Shown: in pieces, positions 9,522 to 19,427 of the stretch
Layout: the number at the start of each line of letters is the position of its first letter
Numbering within the stretch: the stretch's first letter is position 1
NCBI GenBank assembly: GCA_030649135.1
Contig: JAUSGI010000008.1
Location: forward strand, 81,935 to 145,934
Source of the DNA: a bacterium
GTDB taxonomy: Bacteria; Patescibacteriota; Minisyncoccia; Phycocordibacterales; Zambryskibacteraceae
Reading direction: 5' to 3'
Length of the DNA: 64,000 nucleotides
Position numbers and translations under genes: made by a program
The notes under the pieces: generated by a model
What the model saw: the letters and a program-made list of their open reading frames with translations, nothing else
The model's database searches: none
Told to the model about the DNA's origin: nothing

Positions 9522-10508
9522 TTACCGCTTTATAATTTTGTTGACTGCTCCGATAATACTTTTGGTGCCCATACCGTAGTGTTCTATGAGTTCATCTGGA
9601 GTTCCGGATTGGCCAAATTGGTCGTCTACGCCCAGAAACTCCATGGGCACCGGGAAATTTTTAGCTAAACATTCCGCCACGGCAGAACCCATACCACCAC
9701 GAATTTGATGTTCTTCCAGAGTTATTATCCTGCCAACTTTCTTGGCAAATTTTACAATACTTTCTTCGTCTAAAGGTTTAATGGTCGCAAGGTTCACTAC
9801 TTCTACTTCAATCCCCTGCTCCTCAAGCTCTTTAGCTGCTAGGAGTGCTCTGTGAAGAAGCGCCCCGGTAGCAATGATACCCGCTTGGGGCTTTTCGCTA
9901 GTCCAGTAAGTTTCTGCTTTACCAATCTTGAAGGGTGTTTGTTCTGTTGTTATAATAGGCGTCTTTTCACGGGCGAGGCGTATATAAACCGGCGTGCCTG
10001 TATCCACGCTTGCCAAAGTGGCTTTCTTGGCTTCTATGGCGTCGCAAGGAGAAAGTACCATCATGCGAGGAATAACGCGAGTGATAGCGATGTCTTCTAT
10101 GGCCTGATGCGTCCCGCCATCAGGACCGACAGAGATGCCGGCATGGGAGCCGATAATCTTAACTGGCCTATCGTTATAACAAATATTGGTGCGAATCTGC
10201 TCCCAATTCCTACCGGGAGAAAACATGGCGTAAGAGCTGATGAAAGGAATCTTGCCCATCGCCGCTAAACCGCTGGCTACTCCGGCAAGGTTTTGTTCGG
10301 CCACTCCAACTTGAATAAATCGGTTCGGAAATTTCTCGGCAAACAGATTCATCTTGGTAGACTCTGTCAAATCAGCGCAGAGCCCCACTACCTGCATGTT
10401 TTTCTCCCCTGCCGCCAAAAGTCCTTCGCCGAATCCTTGCCGAATCGGTATTTGTTCTACATCCTTATCAAATATCTTCGTATTCAGTTTTAAGTCAGGG
10501 TTTAGCAT
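9522..10508 (-). CDS. Transketolase, C-terminal (pyrimidine-binding) subunit
   Basis: Transketolase Pyr and C-terminal domains, with 'GSHAGISVGPDGGTHQ'. Confidence 0.85.
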   Translation of the reverse strand: MLNPDLKLNTKIFDKDVEQIPIRQGFGEGLLAAGEKNMQVVGLCADLTESTKMNLFAEKFPNRFIQVGVAEQNLAGVASGLAAMGKIPFISSYAMFSPGRNWEQIRTNICYNDRPVKIIGSHAGISVGPDGGTHQAIEDIAITRVIPRMMVLSPCDAIEAKKATLASVDTGTPVYIRLAREKTPIITTEQTPFKIGKAETYWTSEKPQAGIIATGALLHRALLAAKELEEQGIEVEVVNLATIKPLDEESIVKFAKKVGRIITLEEHQIRGGMGSAVAECLAKNFPVPMEFLGVDDQFGQSGTPDELIEHYGMGTKSIIGAVNKIIKR

Positions 10509-10531
10509 TATTTATAGTGAGTTTATCGAAC

Positions 10532-11143
10532 CTACCTATTTTTATTAGTCCATAAATTATCCCACCAACTTGACGGGTCCTCGCTTAAAGCTATTTTAGC
10601 CAGGGCCTTGCCACTTTTTGTCTTGAATCTTTCCAAGTATTTGTCCTTCTCGCCCCCTTCACCCGGTTTTCCTTCTAACCAAATCAAAGCTTCTTTATTG
10701 CCTTGCCAAACGTACTCTCGTAAGAGAAAAAGTTGGTCAATCAGGTCAGCCTCTTTGGCTATTATAGCCTCCACGCTTTCCCGCTTGTCATACTCGTCGG
10801 CGATTTCCTTCAAATCTCCGAAGGGCAAAGTGCCGAGTTGTTCAGCTTTAATCTCCTCGTCGAAGATTTTGACATATTTTTTGTGAATCCAGTTGTGGTC
10901 CCCCGTTCTGACTTCGCCCATATCATGAGTAAGGCACATCATCACAACCTTATAAGGATCCGCTTTCTCCATTTTGGCCAAAAACCAGCCTATTAATGTT
11001 GCCCGATAGGAGTGAGTGGCAATATTGTCTGACATGTCATCCGTCAGAAGAGTTTGGCGGTGCATGCGCGGTAATTTGCGCATGGTACCCATTTCAAAAA
11101 GGAACCTGACTATCTTTTGTTCGTTTGAATCACTCATGTTCAC
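10532..11143 (-). CDS. HD-domain phosphohydrolase (YfbR-like 5'-nucleotidase family)
   Basis: HD motif ('HSYRATLI...LTHDMGE'). The gene sits between the two transketolase subunit genes. Confidence 0.6.
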   Translation of the reverse strand: MNMSDSNEQKIVRFLFEMGTMRKLPRMHRQTLLTDDMSDNIATHSYRATLIGWFLAKMEKADPYKVVMMCLTHDMGEVRTGDHNWIHKKYVKIFDEEIKAEQLGTLPFGDLKEIADEYDKRESVEAIIAKEADLIDQLFLLREYVWQGNKEALIWLEGKPGEGGEKDKYLERFKTKSGKALAKIALSEDPSSWWDNLWTNKNR

Positions 11144-12023
11144 TTCTTATTTTACCGCCCAGAGTCCGTAATTCGGACAAAGCCACATCACCCTGTTTAT
11201 CAGCCGGCACTTTATCGGTCGGACCTTTGCCGGGAGGACTGCCGTGCCAGCGGTAATCACGTTCAAATTCCGGAACTCCCTTACCTGCGATAGTATGAGC
11301 AATAATTACGGTTGGTTTGCCGAATATCCCCTTAGCCGCCTCGAAGGCATCAGCAATTTCTTCGATATTGTGCCCATCTATTTCAATCACGTGCCAATTC
11401 CAAGCGCACCATTTATCGGAAAGTGATTCAAGTGGCATAATATTTTCGGTATACCCCTCTATCTGGATATTATTTCTGTCTATTACGGCAGTCAGGTTGT
11501 GTAGCTTCTCTTTGCCCGCAAGCATGGCTGCCTCCCAAGTCTGCCCGCAATCCTGCTCCCCGTCGGAGAGGAGCGCGTAGATGCGTCGCTCACTTGTCAG
11601 ACCGTAGTCAATCTTATCGGCAAGCGCCATACCAACTGCTTGGGAAAGCCCGGAGCCAAGTGGTCCGGAACTGGACTCTAACATTGGCAAAAAATCTCGG
11701 TGCGGATGTCCCTGCAGGCGTGAGCCGAACTTTCGGAGAGTCTTGAGCTCTTCGACCGGAAAATAACCGGCATGAGCCATGGTCGAGTAGAGCACCGGAC
11801 AAATATGGCCATTCGAGAGTACCAACCTGTCCCGTTCCGGCCAGTCTGGTTTCTGGGGATTATGCTTCAGGGTATGAAAGTATAGTACGGTAAAGATATC
11901 GGCCATATCTAAAGGTCCCGCGGTATGCCCGGAGCCGGCGGTAATAAGCGCTTCAATAAGCGAGATGCGAATGTTATTCGCCTTCTCTTTAAGTTCGGTT
12001 AATTTTTCGTCAGTGATTTCCAT
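11130..12023 (-). CDS. Transketolase, N-terminal (TPP-binding) subunit
   Basis: 'GSGHTAGPLDMADIF' and 'LSDGEQDCGQTWEA' match the TPP-binding motif. Confidence 0.85.
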   Translation of the reverse strand: MEITDEKLTELKEKANNIRISLIEALITAGSGHTAGPLDMADIFTVLYFHTLKHNPQKPDWPERDRLVLSNGHICPVLYSTMAHAGYFPVEELKTLRKFGSRLQGHPHRDFLPMLESSSGPLGSGLSQAVGMALADKIDYGLTSERRIYALLSDGEQDCGQTWEAAMLAGKEKLHNLTAVIDRNNIQIEGYTENIMPLESLSDKWCAWNWHVIEIDGHNIEEIADAFEAAKGIFGKPTVIIAHTIAGKGVPEFERDYRWHGSPPGKGPTDKVPADKQGDVALSELRTLGGKIRSEHE

Positions 12024-12559
12024 AATTCTTGAAAGCCCGACCCGACCACCAACCTATCTGCGCCGGCATTTTGGAGCGCCTGATAGTTGGTAATATTGAT
12101 TCCCCCATCAATGCTCATCGGCACTTGGGGAAACTTTTCTTTAACCTTTTTTATTCTATCAAAAATCTGTTCATCTAGCGGATGTCCTTGCGCGCCAATC
12201 TGGGCGATAGACATGAGATGGATAAAATCTATTTGAGGTACAAGCGGGGAAACTTCTTCTAACGGTGTTTCGAGTTCTACTGCCAAGCCAATCTCCACTT
12301 TGCCTTTAAACTTACTAATCTTTTCTTCGAGAGTATGAACGATAATTCTCTTGGCTCCCCTCTTCACCCAGCGCTCTACAATTTCTCCTGGTTGCTTTAC
12401 CATCAAGTGCACTTCAAAGTTGATGCCCAGAGGCTCTATCCAGATATCTGCCTCGAGCGTATCAAGGTGCACCAATCTTACCTCCTTTGGTATCTGGGAG
12501 AGCTTAAAATCTAAATCGGCAATGTTGGTAGGTAAAATAGCCGGGATAATTTCACTCAT
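11999..12559 (-). CDS. rpe: Ribulose-phosphate 3-epimerase
   Basis: 'HLMV', 'IHLMSI', 'SIDGGIN' and 'GADRLVVGSGF' align with the Rpe catalytic motifs. Confidence 0.7.
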   Translation of the reverse strand: MSEIIPAILPTNIADLDFKLSQIPKEVRLVHLDTLEADIWIEPLGINFEVHLMVKQPGEIVERWVKRGAKRIIVHTLEEKISKFKGKVEIGLAVELETPLEEVSPLVPQIDFIHLMSIAQIGAQGHPLDEQIFDRIKKVKEKFPQVPMSIDGGINITNYQALQNAGADRLVVGSGFQELWKSLTKN

Positions 12560-13028
12560 GAATACGATTCATTTTAGTAATACGCCTCGCATATTTTTCC
12601 GTATTCTTAAATGGAGTATCGAGCCATTCTTTGACCACCTCTTTCATCTCTTCTTCGGTGATAAATCTCGCTCCTAAAGAAAGTACGTTGGCATCGTTGT
12701 CAGCTCGGGAGATCTTGATGATTGACTCGTGCTCTTCTTGCACTACGCATTGTCCCTGTCCATAATAAACCGTAGCCCGGACGTTATTAAATTTGTTGGC
12801 CGCCATGCCTTCTCCCTGGCCGGAACCGCCCAGGACAATCCCTCTCACTTCATTGGGGTGCATTGAGACTTCGCGGGCTACTGGAATGATGAAATCGGGA
12901 TAGTCGTCTTCCTCGTTGTATTCAAAGGCACCCTTATCCCCCACTTCGTAACCAAGCCCCTGGAGAAAAGGAACTAGTTTTTCCTTAAGTCCGAATCCGG
13001 CATGGTCAGAACCTACGAAAATTTTCAT
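12552..13028 (-). CDS. rpiB: Ribose-5-phosphate isomerase B
   Basis: Starts 'MKIFVGSDHAGF' and contains 'GIVLGGSGQGEGMAANK', consistent with the RpiB/LacAB fold. Confidence 0.85.
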   Translation of the reverse strand: MKIFVGSDHAGFGLKEKLVPFLQGLGYEVGDKGAFEYNEEDDYPDFIIPVAREVSMHPNEVRGIVLGGSGQGEGMAANKFNNVRATVYYGQGQCVVQEEHESIIKISRADNDANVLSLGARFITEEEMKEVVKEWLDTPFKNTEKYARRITKMNRIHE

Positions 13029-13029
13029 A

Positions 13030-14019
13030 TCATTTGATGTGCGAGCCTAACTTAATAACATGCTCTAAGAGCGTGTAGCAGTACCCCATTTCGTTGTCAT
13101 ACCAAGCGAGCACTTTCACCAAGTTACCGCCGACCACGCGAGTGAAGTTAAGGTCGGCAATCGAGCCGTAGGGACTACTTAAAATATCCGAGGAGACCAG
13201 TTCTTCTTCAGTAACAGTGAAGATTCTTTTCCACCTCTCCTCGCCCGATGCTTTCTTCAAAATGTTGTTTACCTCCTCGACGGTAGTTGCCCTTTTGGAT
13301 ACAAAGGTGATGTCTACAATAGAACCAGCCACAACCGGTACCCGCATAGCGATGCCATCGAACAATCCGTTAAGCTTGGTAAATGCTTTAGTCACAGCAA
13401 TAGCGGCACCTGTGGAGGATGGCACTATATTTTGCGCTGCAGCGCGTCCCTCCCGGAAGCCTCTCTGGGAAGGACCATCCACTAAAGACTGTGAAGCTGT
13501 ATAGCCGTGGGTAGTGTTCAAAACCGCTTTCTCTATACCGATGGCTTCATCGAGAATAGCAATTAAAGGACTGCCGGCATTGGTGGTACAGGAAGCATTG
13601 GAAGTAATAAGGCAAGTAGAAAGTTTTTCTTCATTTACCCCCATGAGTACTGTGGCTCCCTCAATACCCCCAATCGGTTCATCTTTCATCGGAGCAGTTA
13701 CCACTACCCTCTTAGCTCCGGCATCAAGATGCGCCTTCGAGCCGGCGTAGCTTGCAAAAAATCCCGTGGATTCAATAACTACATCTATATTGAGTTCTTT
13801 CCATGGCAGGTTACTTGGGTCTTTCTCCTGGAAAAATTTAACATCAAATTTGCCGTTCCAGTTGCCGTAAACGGTGTCATGCTTTAATAGATACTCAATG
13901 TTCTCCCGGTCACCCAAGTCGTTAACAGCCACCACCTCGACCTCCGGTCGCTCGACAGCCAATTTATAAAAAGCCCTGCCGATTCTACCCGCCCCATTGA
14001 TTGCCACTCGTATTGCCAT
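13030..14019 (-). CDS. gap: Glyceraldehyde-3-phosphate dehydrogenase
   Basis: 'INGAGRIGR' and the catalytic 'ASCTTNA'. Confidence 0.9.
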   Translation of the reverse strand: MAIRVAINGAGRIGRAFYKLAVERPEVEVVAVNDLGDRENIEYLLKHDTVYGNWNGKFDVKFFQEKDPSNLPWKELNIDVVIESTGFFASYAGSKAHLDAGAKRVVVTAPMKDEPIGGIEGATVLMGVNEEKLSTCLITSNASCTTNAGSPLIAILDEAIGIEKAVLNTTHGYTASQSLVDGPSQRGFREGRAAAQNIVPSSTGAAIAVTKAFTKLNGLFDGIAMRVPVVAGSIVDITFVSKRATTVEEVNNILKKASGEERWKRIFTVTEEELVSSDILSSPYGSIADLNFTRVVGGNLVKVLAWYDNEMGYCYTLLEHVIKLGSHIK

Positions 14020-14020
14020 C

Positions 14021-14464
14021 CTAGAATTGTACCATAGCGCCTATATCAATAAAGTGTCGAGCGCTAAATCCAGCCGGAAGTTCCAAGACGTATTGGACTA
14101 CTTGATTGGGATAGAAAATTTGTGGAAAAGTATCCGGCGATACTTCCTTGTTTATATCAACAACACGAAAATTATTATCAATCCAGACGATATCAATGGC
14201 AAAACGCATATCTTTCATCCAAAAGCCGTCTTGAACCGGATTACCAAATATAAAAAGCATACCCGTTCCTGCCGGAAGCGTTTTCCTACCCGACAAACCC
14301 TTGGCGCGCGTTTGCGGGGTATCAACTACCTCAACTTGTATGCTGGTATCGTTTATTTTTATAATTTTTGTCTGGCTTTCGGGAACTACTGGGCGGCTGA
14401 AGAACAGAAAAACTGACCCGAGTATAATGAGGAGTCCCAAGACAAGAAAGAAGAAATTCTTCAT
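14021..14464 (-). CDS. DUF192-domain protein (COG1430)
   Basis: An N-terminal TM segment is followed by DUF192-like 'AKGLSGR...GMLFIF...MKDMRFAIDIVW'. Confidence 0.6.
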   Translation of the reverse strand: MKNFFFLVLGLLIILGSVFLFFSRPVVPESQTKIIKINDTSIQVEVVDTPQTRAKGLSGRKTLPAGTGMLFIFGNPVQDGFWMKDMRFAIDIVWIDNNFRVVDINKEVSPDTFPQIFYPNQVVQYVLELPAGFSARHFIDIGAMVQF

Positions 14465-14477
14465 CTTTTTATTATAA

Positions 14478-14503
14478 CAAACCCCGCCAGAGGCGGGGTT
14501 TGT
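14478..14503 (-). terminator. Rho-independent terminator built on a CCCCGCC-AGA-GGCGGGG palindrome (REP-like family member)
   Basis: 'aaaccccgccagaggcggggttt' is a perfect 7-bp GC stem flanked by A and T runs, so it can terminate in either orientation. It lies 23 nt downstream of the RRM gene stop. Confidence 0.65.
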
Positions 14504-14526
14504 TCACTAACTGCTTTCGCAGTTAA

Positions 14527-14808
14527 TTACATAGGTCGACGATCGCGAGGAGCGCGAGGCTCTAGCGGGCGAGCAACATTGACAGTCAACTTTCTACCTT
14601 CGTAGTCTTGACCATTGTACATGTTAATCGCTGCTTGAGCTTCATCATCATTTGACATCTCGACGAATCCGAAACCTTTGCTTCTGCCGGTCATGCGATC
14701 AATAATAATTGATGCAGAGGAGACAGCTCCAGCCTTTGCGAACAAGTCGCTAAGGGCTGCTTCTGTCGTGGAATAAGGAATCCCACCGACGTATAGCTTT
14801 GTTGCCAT
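14527..14808 (-). CDS. RRM-domain RNA-binding protein
   Basis: RNP-2 'KLYVGGI' and RNP-1 'KGFGFVEM' motifs. The start is placed at the internal ATG 'MATKLYVGG'. Confidence 0.8.
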   Translation of the reverse strand: MATKLYVGGIPYSTTEAALSDLFAKAGAVSSASIIIDRMTGRSKGFGFVEMSNDDEAQAAINMYNGQDYEGRKLTVNVARPLEPRAPRDRRPM

Positions 14809-14956
14809 TTTATTTGTGCCGACATTTAAGTTAAGCATGTAAGTGTCGGACCGATCTCATCTCGCGCTCTCTCTCGGATAAACCTCAAGTAACCTCTCAA
14901 CGAGAACCTTACATTGCTTGATTATAGCATATAGTCCTAATTTGTGCAAACTTGCT

Positions 14957-15163
14957 TTAACCATCCTTTCTTTTAAACCAACCCTTTAATTTATCCCATA
15001 GTAAGACTCTAAGTCCCAATAACTCTAAACCTACGAGCAAAAGAAAGCCTACCGGTGTAAAAGGGGTGATTACGGACAGCAAGCCGATAATGACCAACAC
15101 CACACCGGTAACTTTTCTGACCTTGGGATTATCAGTCCAAATTTTTTTAAAATATTCTTTCAC
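14957..15163 (-). CDS. Small membrane protein (hypothetical)
   Basis: 68 aa with one or two predicted TM helices and a basic C-terminus. Confidence 0.4.
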   Translation of the reverse strand: MKEYFKKIWTDNPKVRKVTGVVLVIIGLLSVITPFTPVGFLLLVGLELLGLRVLLWDKLKGWFKRKDG

Positions 15164-15424
15164 TTAAAGTGGACAAACCGTATCCCCCCTCTGACATTTA
15201 TCGTAATACTCCTGTGTCACGCAATTTAGAGGGACCCCATAATTTACACAACCCGCCGGACATTTTCCATTGGCATCCGGGTCAACATTACATTGACTAT
15301 TATCTACAGCGGGCGGCGTCAGATAAACTGCGTTTTGTTTGGTGTAAACAAAATAAGAACCTGCTCCGATAACCACAATGGCAGCTATGATAAGGGCTAT
15401 ATTTATAAATCCTTTTTGGTGCAT
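15164..15424 (-). CDS. Small secreted/membrane Cys-rich protein (hypothetical)
   Basis: An N-terminal TM/signal anchor is followed by 6 Cys in the C-terminal 50 aa. Confidence 0.4.
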   Translation of the reverse strand: MHQKGFINIALIIAAIVVIGAGSYFVYTKQNAVYLTPPAVDNSQCNVDPDANGKCPAGCVNYGVPLNCVTQEYYDKCQRGDTVCPL

Positions 15425-15456
15425 ATTGTTCTCTCAATTATACCACGATTCCCAAC

Positions 15457-15544
15457 TGGCGGAGGCGGAGAGAGTCGAACTCTCGAGGGCTTGCGCCCTA
15501 CACGCTTTCCAAGCGTGCGCACTAGACCACTATGCGACGCCTCC
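15457..15544 (-). tRNA. tRNA-Ser (anticodon GGA)
   Basis: Folded by hand. Acceptor is GGAGGCG/CGCCTCC. The D-stem is 3 bp. The anticodon loop is TTGGAAA. A long variable arm (GGGC-GCAA-GCCC) is present. The T-loop is TTCGACT. CCA is encoded. Confidence 0.8.
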
Positions 15545-15603
15545 GTGATTGAAGCATACTAACCCAATTTCCGCCTTTTTAAAATCTCCACCCATATTTT
15601 TTC

Positions 15604-16434
15604 TTACCACCGACCACTCGCTCCCCCGCCACCGGACATTCCCCCGCCGAAACCACCGAAGCCACCGGAGTGGCCACCTCCCCTGCCTCCGCCAATCCAC
15701 CATGGCGGTACTCCGCCCCGCGTGACCGCATTTTTGTAAGCTCGAGAAACCAGAAAGTCGAAAACCAATCCGACCAAAATGCTTAAGCCAATGAACAAAA
15801 CGCCGGATAAAAATATAAATCCCAGAACGCCTCCTATGATACCACCCGCCCACCACGACTTTGACCTACCTAAAATTGAGGCAAAGTAAATTAAGATAAA
15901 GATAGCGTAAGGAAAAAAGTTTGACCAATTCTCACCGCCGGATTCTACCCCAGAAGGTAATTCCTCACCTCCTATAAGTCCGATAATGATGTTAATAGCA
16001 TCATTGATACCGCCATCATAATTGCCCGCCCGAAATGCCGGTACAATAATCTCTCTGATGATTCTTCCGCTGTCGATGTCCGTAACTACCGACTCCAATC
16101 CGTAACCGACTTCTATACGCACCTCTTTATCCTCGAGAGATACCAGAAGAAGCAGGCCGTTATCTTCCTTTTCCTTACCGATTTTCCATTCTTGAAACAG
16201 TTTTTCCGCGTAAGTCTCGATAGTCTCGTCTTCGAGCTTAGGGATAGTGACTACCGTAATTTCATTACTGGTATCTTCTGCAAACTGCGTCAATCTCTGA
16301 TTGAGACTCGAAATAGTTTCCGGTTTGAGAACTTTCGCAAAATCATTGACAAATCCCATCGGCTGGCCGGGAGAAATATAGCCCAGGACAATAGCCGGAA
16401 ATATCAAAGAGAAAACGAGAGCAGACCACCTCAT
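15604..16434 (-). CDS. TPM-domain protein (TLP18.3/Psb32/MOLO-1 family) with a C-terminal TM helix and Gly-rich tail
   Basis: TPM-like 'GFVNDFAKVL...LLLLVSLEDKEVRIEVGYGLE'. The C-terminal 'GGGRGGGHSGGFGGFGGGMSGGGG' is Gly-rich. This protein is classically paired with LemA. Confidence 0.7.
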   Translation of the reverse strand: MRWSALVFSLIFPAIVLGYISPGQPMGFVNDFAKVLKPETISSLNQRLTQFAEDTSNEITVVTIPKLEDETIETYAEKLFQEWKIGKEKEDNGLLLLVSLEDKEVRIEVGYGLESVVTDIDSGRIIREIIVPAFRAGNYDGGINDAINIIIGLIGGEELPSGVESGGENWSNFFPYAIFILIYFASILGRSKSWWAGGIIGGVLGFIFLSGVLFIGLSILVGLVFDFLVSRAYKNAVTRGGVPPWWIGGGRGGGHSGGFGGFGGGMSGGGGASGRW

Positions 16435-16437
16435 CGC

Positions 16438-16995
16438 TTATTCGAGATTTACTGTAGGAGATGTCTCGGCCCCACTAGCTGATTCGAAGTATGAACGTTC
16501 ACCAAAACCAAGCAATCCCGCCAGAATATTCTTAGGAAATCTTTTTACGGAGATATTATAGTCACGAATCATGTCGTTGAAGCGGATGCGTTCCACCGAG
16601 ATACGGTTCTCCGTACCTTCAAGCTGGGTCATCAGGTCTCGCACATTGGAGGAAGACTGTAATTGCGGATAGTTCTCCATCACTACGAGGAGTCTCGCGA
16701 AAGCATTTTCGACTTGGCTCGCAGCGAGGGCCTTATCATTGGCGGAAGTAGCGCCGGCGTAGCGAGTGCGGGCTTCGGCAATATCACCGAAAATCTTTTG
16801 CTCTTGAGTTAAGATGCCTTTAACCGAATTTACCAAGTTAGGGATAAGGTCAAATCGTCTCTGATACTGTGTTTCCACTTTGGCCCACTGGGCGTCGGCC
16901 GCTTCGTTCAATGAAATCAGGCCGTTATAACCAGAAAATCCCCAAATGACGAGAAGAACGAGCACTCCTATAATTGCCAAAACGCTTTTGTTCAT
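16438..16995 (-). CDS. LemA-family protein
   Basis: TM helix followed by a LemA-like domain ('AQWAKVETQYQRRFDLIPNLV'). The start is placed at the internal ATG at 16995. It is paired with the TPM gene. Confidence 0.7.
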   Translation of the reverse strand: MNKSVLAIIGVLVLLVIWGFSGYNGLISLNEAADAQWAKVETQYQRRFDLIPNLVNSVKGILTQEQKIFGDIAEARTRYAGATSANDKALAASQVENAFARLLVVMENYPQLQSSSNVRDLMTQLEGTENRISVERIRFNDMIRDYNISVKRFPKNILAGLLGFGERSYFESASGAETSPTVNLE

Positions 16996-17029
16996 ATCTT
17001 TTTGGTTAGTTACCAAATTGTAAACTAAT

Positions 17030-18694
<1,665 letters not shown>

Positions 18695-19075
18695 TTATTT
18701 AATGACTGCTAAAATATTGTCTTCTTTCAAGAGATAAAGTTCCTCGCCGCCCTGTTCAACTTCGTCATATCCGTATTTGGAAAAGATGACAACGTCGCCA
18801 ACCTTAAGACGCACCGGTACCAATTTTCCCTCGATCCATTTCCCCTCCCCGACGGCTAAAACTTTACCTTGAGCCGATTTCTCTTTGGTCACGGATTCAG
18901 GGAGAATAAAATTGAGTGGAGACTTTTTACCTTGAGCTTGCCCCGCCACGGCGGGGCGCAGTCGAATCTCTTCTTCGGTAAAAGGACGAACCAGAACTCT
19001 GTCCCCAAAAGGCTTGATCTGGGCTTTTGCTTGCCCGGAGTTTTTGCGAGGGGTTTTTGTATTTTTCTTTTTCAT
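18695..19075 (-). CDS. groS: Co-chaperonin GroES with a Lys-rich N-terminal extension and an internal in-frame insertion
   Basis: 'IKPFGDRVLVRP' and 'GKVLAVGEG' are GroES motifs. The protein is 126 aa against about 95 aa typical. The extra 'EIRLRPAVAGQAQ' segment is encoded by the palindrome at 18940-18957. Confidence 0.85.
   Translation of the reverse strand: MKKKNTKTPRKNSGQAKAQIKPFGDRVLVRPFTEEEIRLRPAVAGQAQGKKSPLNFILPESVTKEKSAQGKVLAVGEGKWIEGKLVPVRLKVGDVVIFSKYGYDEVEQGGEELYLLKEDNILAVIK
18940..18957. repeat. REP-like palindrome CCCCGCC-ACG-GCGGGG, in-frame inside groES
   Basis: 'gccccgccacggcggggc' with flank 'ggcggggcaagctc' on the coding strand. It is identical in core to the copy at 28582-28597 and shares the flank with 61547-61560. 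Confidence 0.7.
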
Positions 19076-19124
19076 ATTGCCCGCACATTATATTCAAAAA
19101 AATCATAAAGTCAAATTAAATGGT

Positions 19125-19154
19125 TTGCGTGGCTGGTTTAAATTGTGCTAGTAT
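19125..19154 (+). promoter_or_regulatory. Putative sigma70-type promoter for secG
   Basis: TTGCGT, an 18-nt spacer, then TAGTAT with a TG dinucleotide 2 nt upstream of the -10, about 40 nt upstream of the secG ATG. Assigned by eye only. Confidence 0.3.
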
Positions 19155-19193
19155 AACCCGGTACAGGCCCCTCGACCTTACTCGGGGTAAACA

Positions 19194-19421
19194 ATGGCCC
19201 AGATTCTTCCCTACATTCAGATTCTTTTGAGCATCCTTCTTATAGGAGGAGTGCTCCTCCAGCGCTCGGAAGCCAGCCTCGGTTCCGCCTTTGGAGGGGA
19301 CAGTGCGATAGGAGGTCGTTTCATGCGACGTGGATTTGAAAAAATTCTTTTCAACGCTACGGTAGTAGTGGCTATCCTTTTCGCCCTTTCCGCTTTTGCC
19401 AGTCTTTTCCTCGACCGGTAA
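19194..19421 (+). CDS. secG: Preprotein translocase subunit SecG
   Basis: 75 aa with two TM helices and 'ILLIGGVLLQRSEASLGSAFGG', the SecG signature. Confidence 0.75.
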   Translation: MAQILPYIQILLSILLIGGVLLQRSEASLGSAFGGDSAIGGRFMRRGFEKILFNATVVVAILFALSAFASLFLDR

Positions 19422-19427
19422 GTAACA

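Noticed and set aside
15604-15720. Run of ggcggggg / cccccgcc-like sequence that resembles the REP palindrome family
   Set aside because: It encodes the Gly-rich C-terminal tail (GGGRGGGHSGGFGGFGGG) of the TPM-domain protein. It is not palindromic and is not an element copy.
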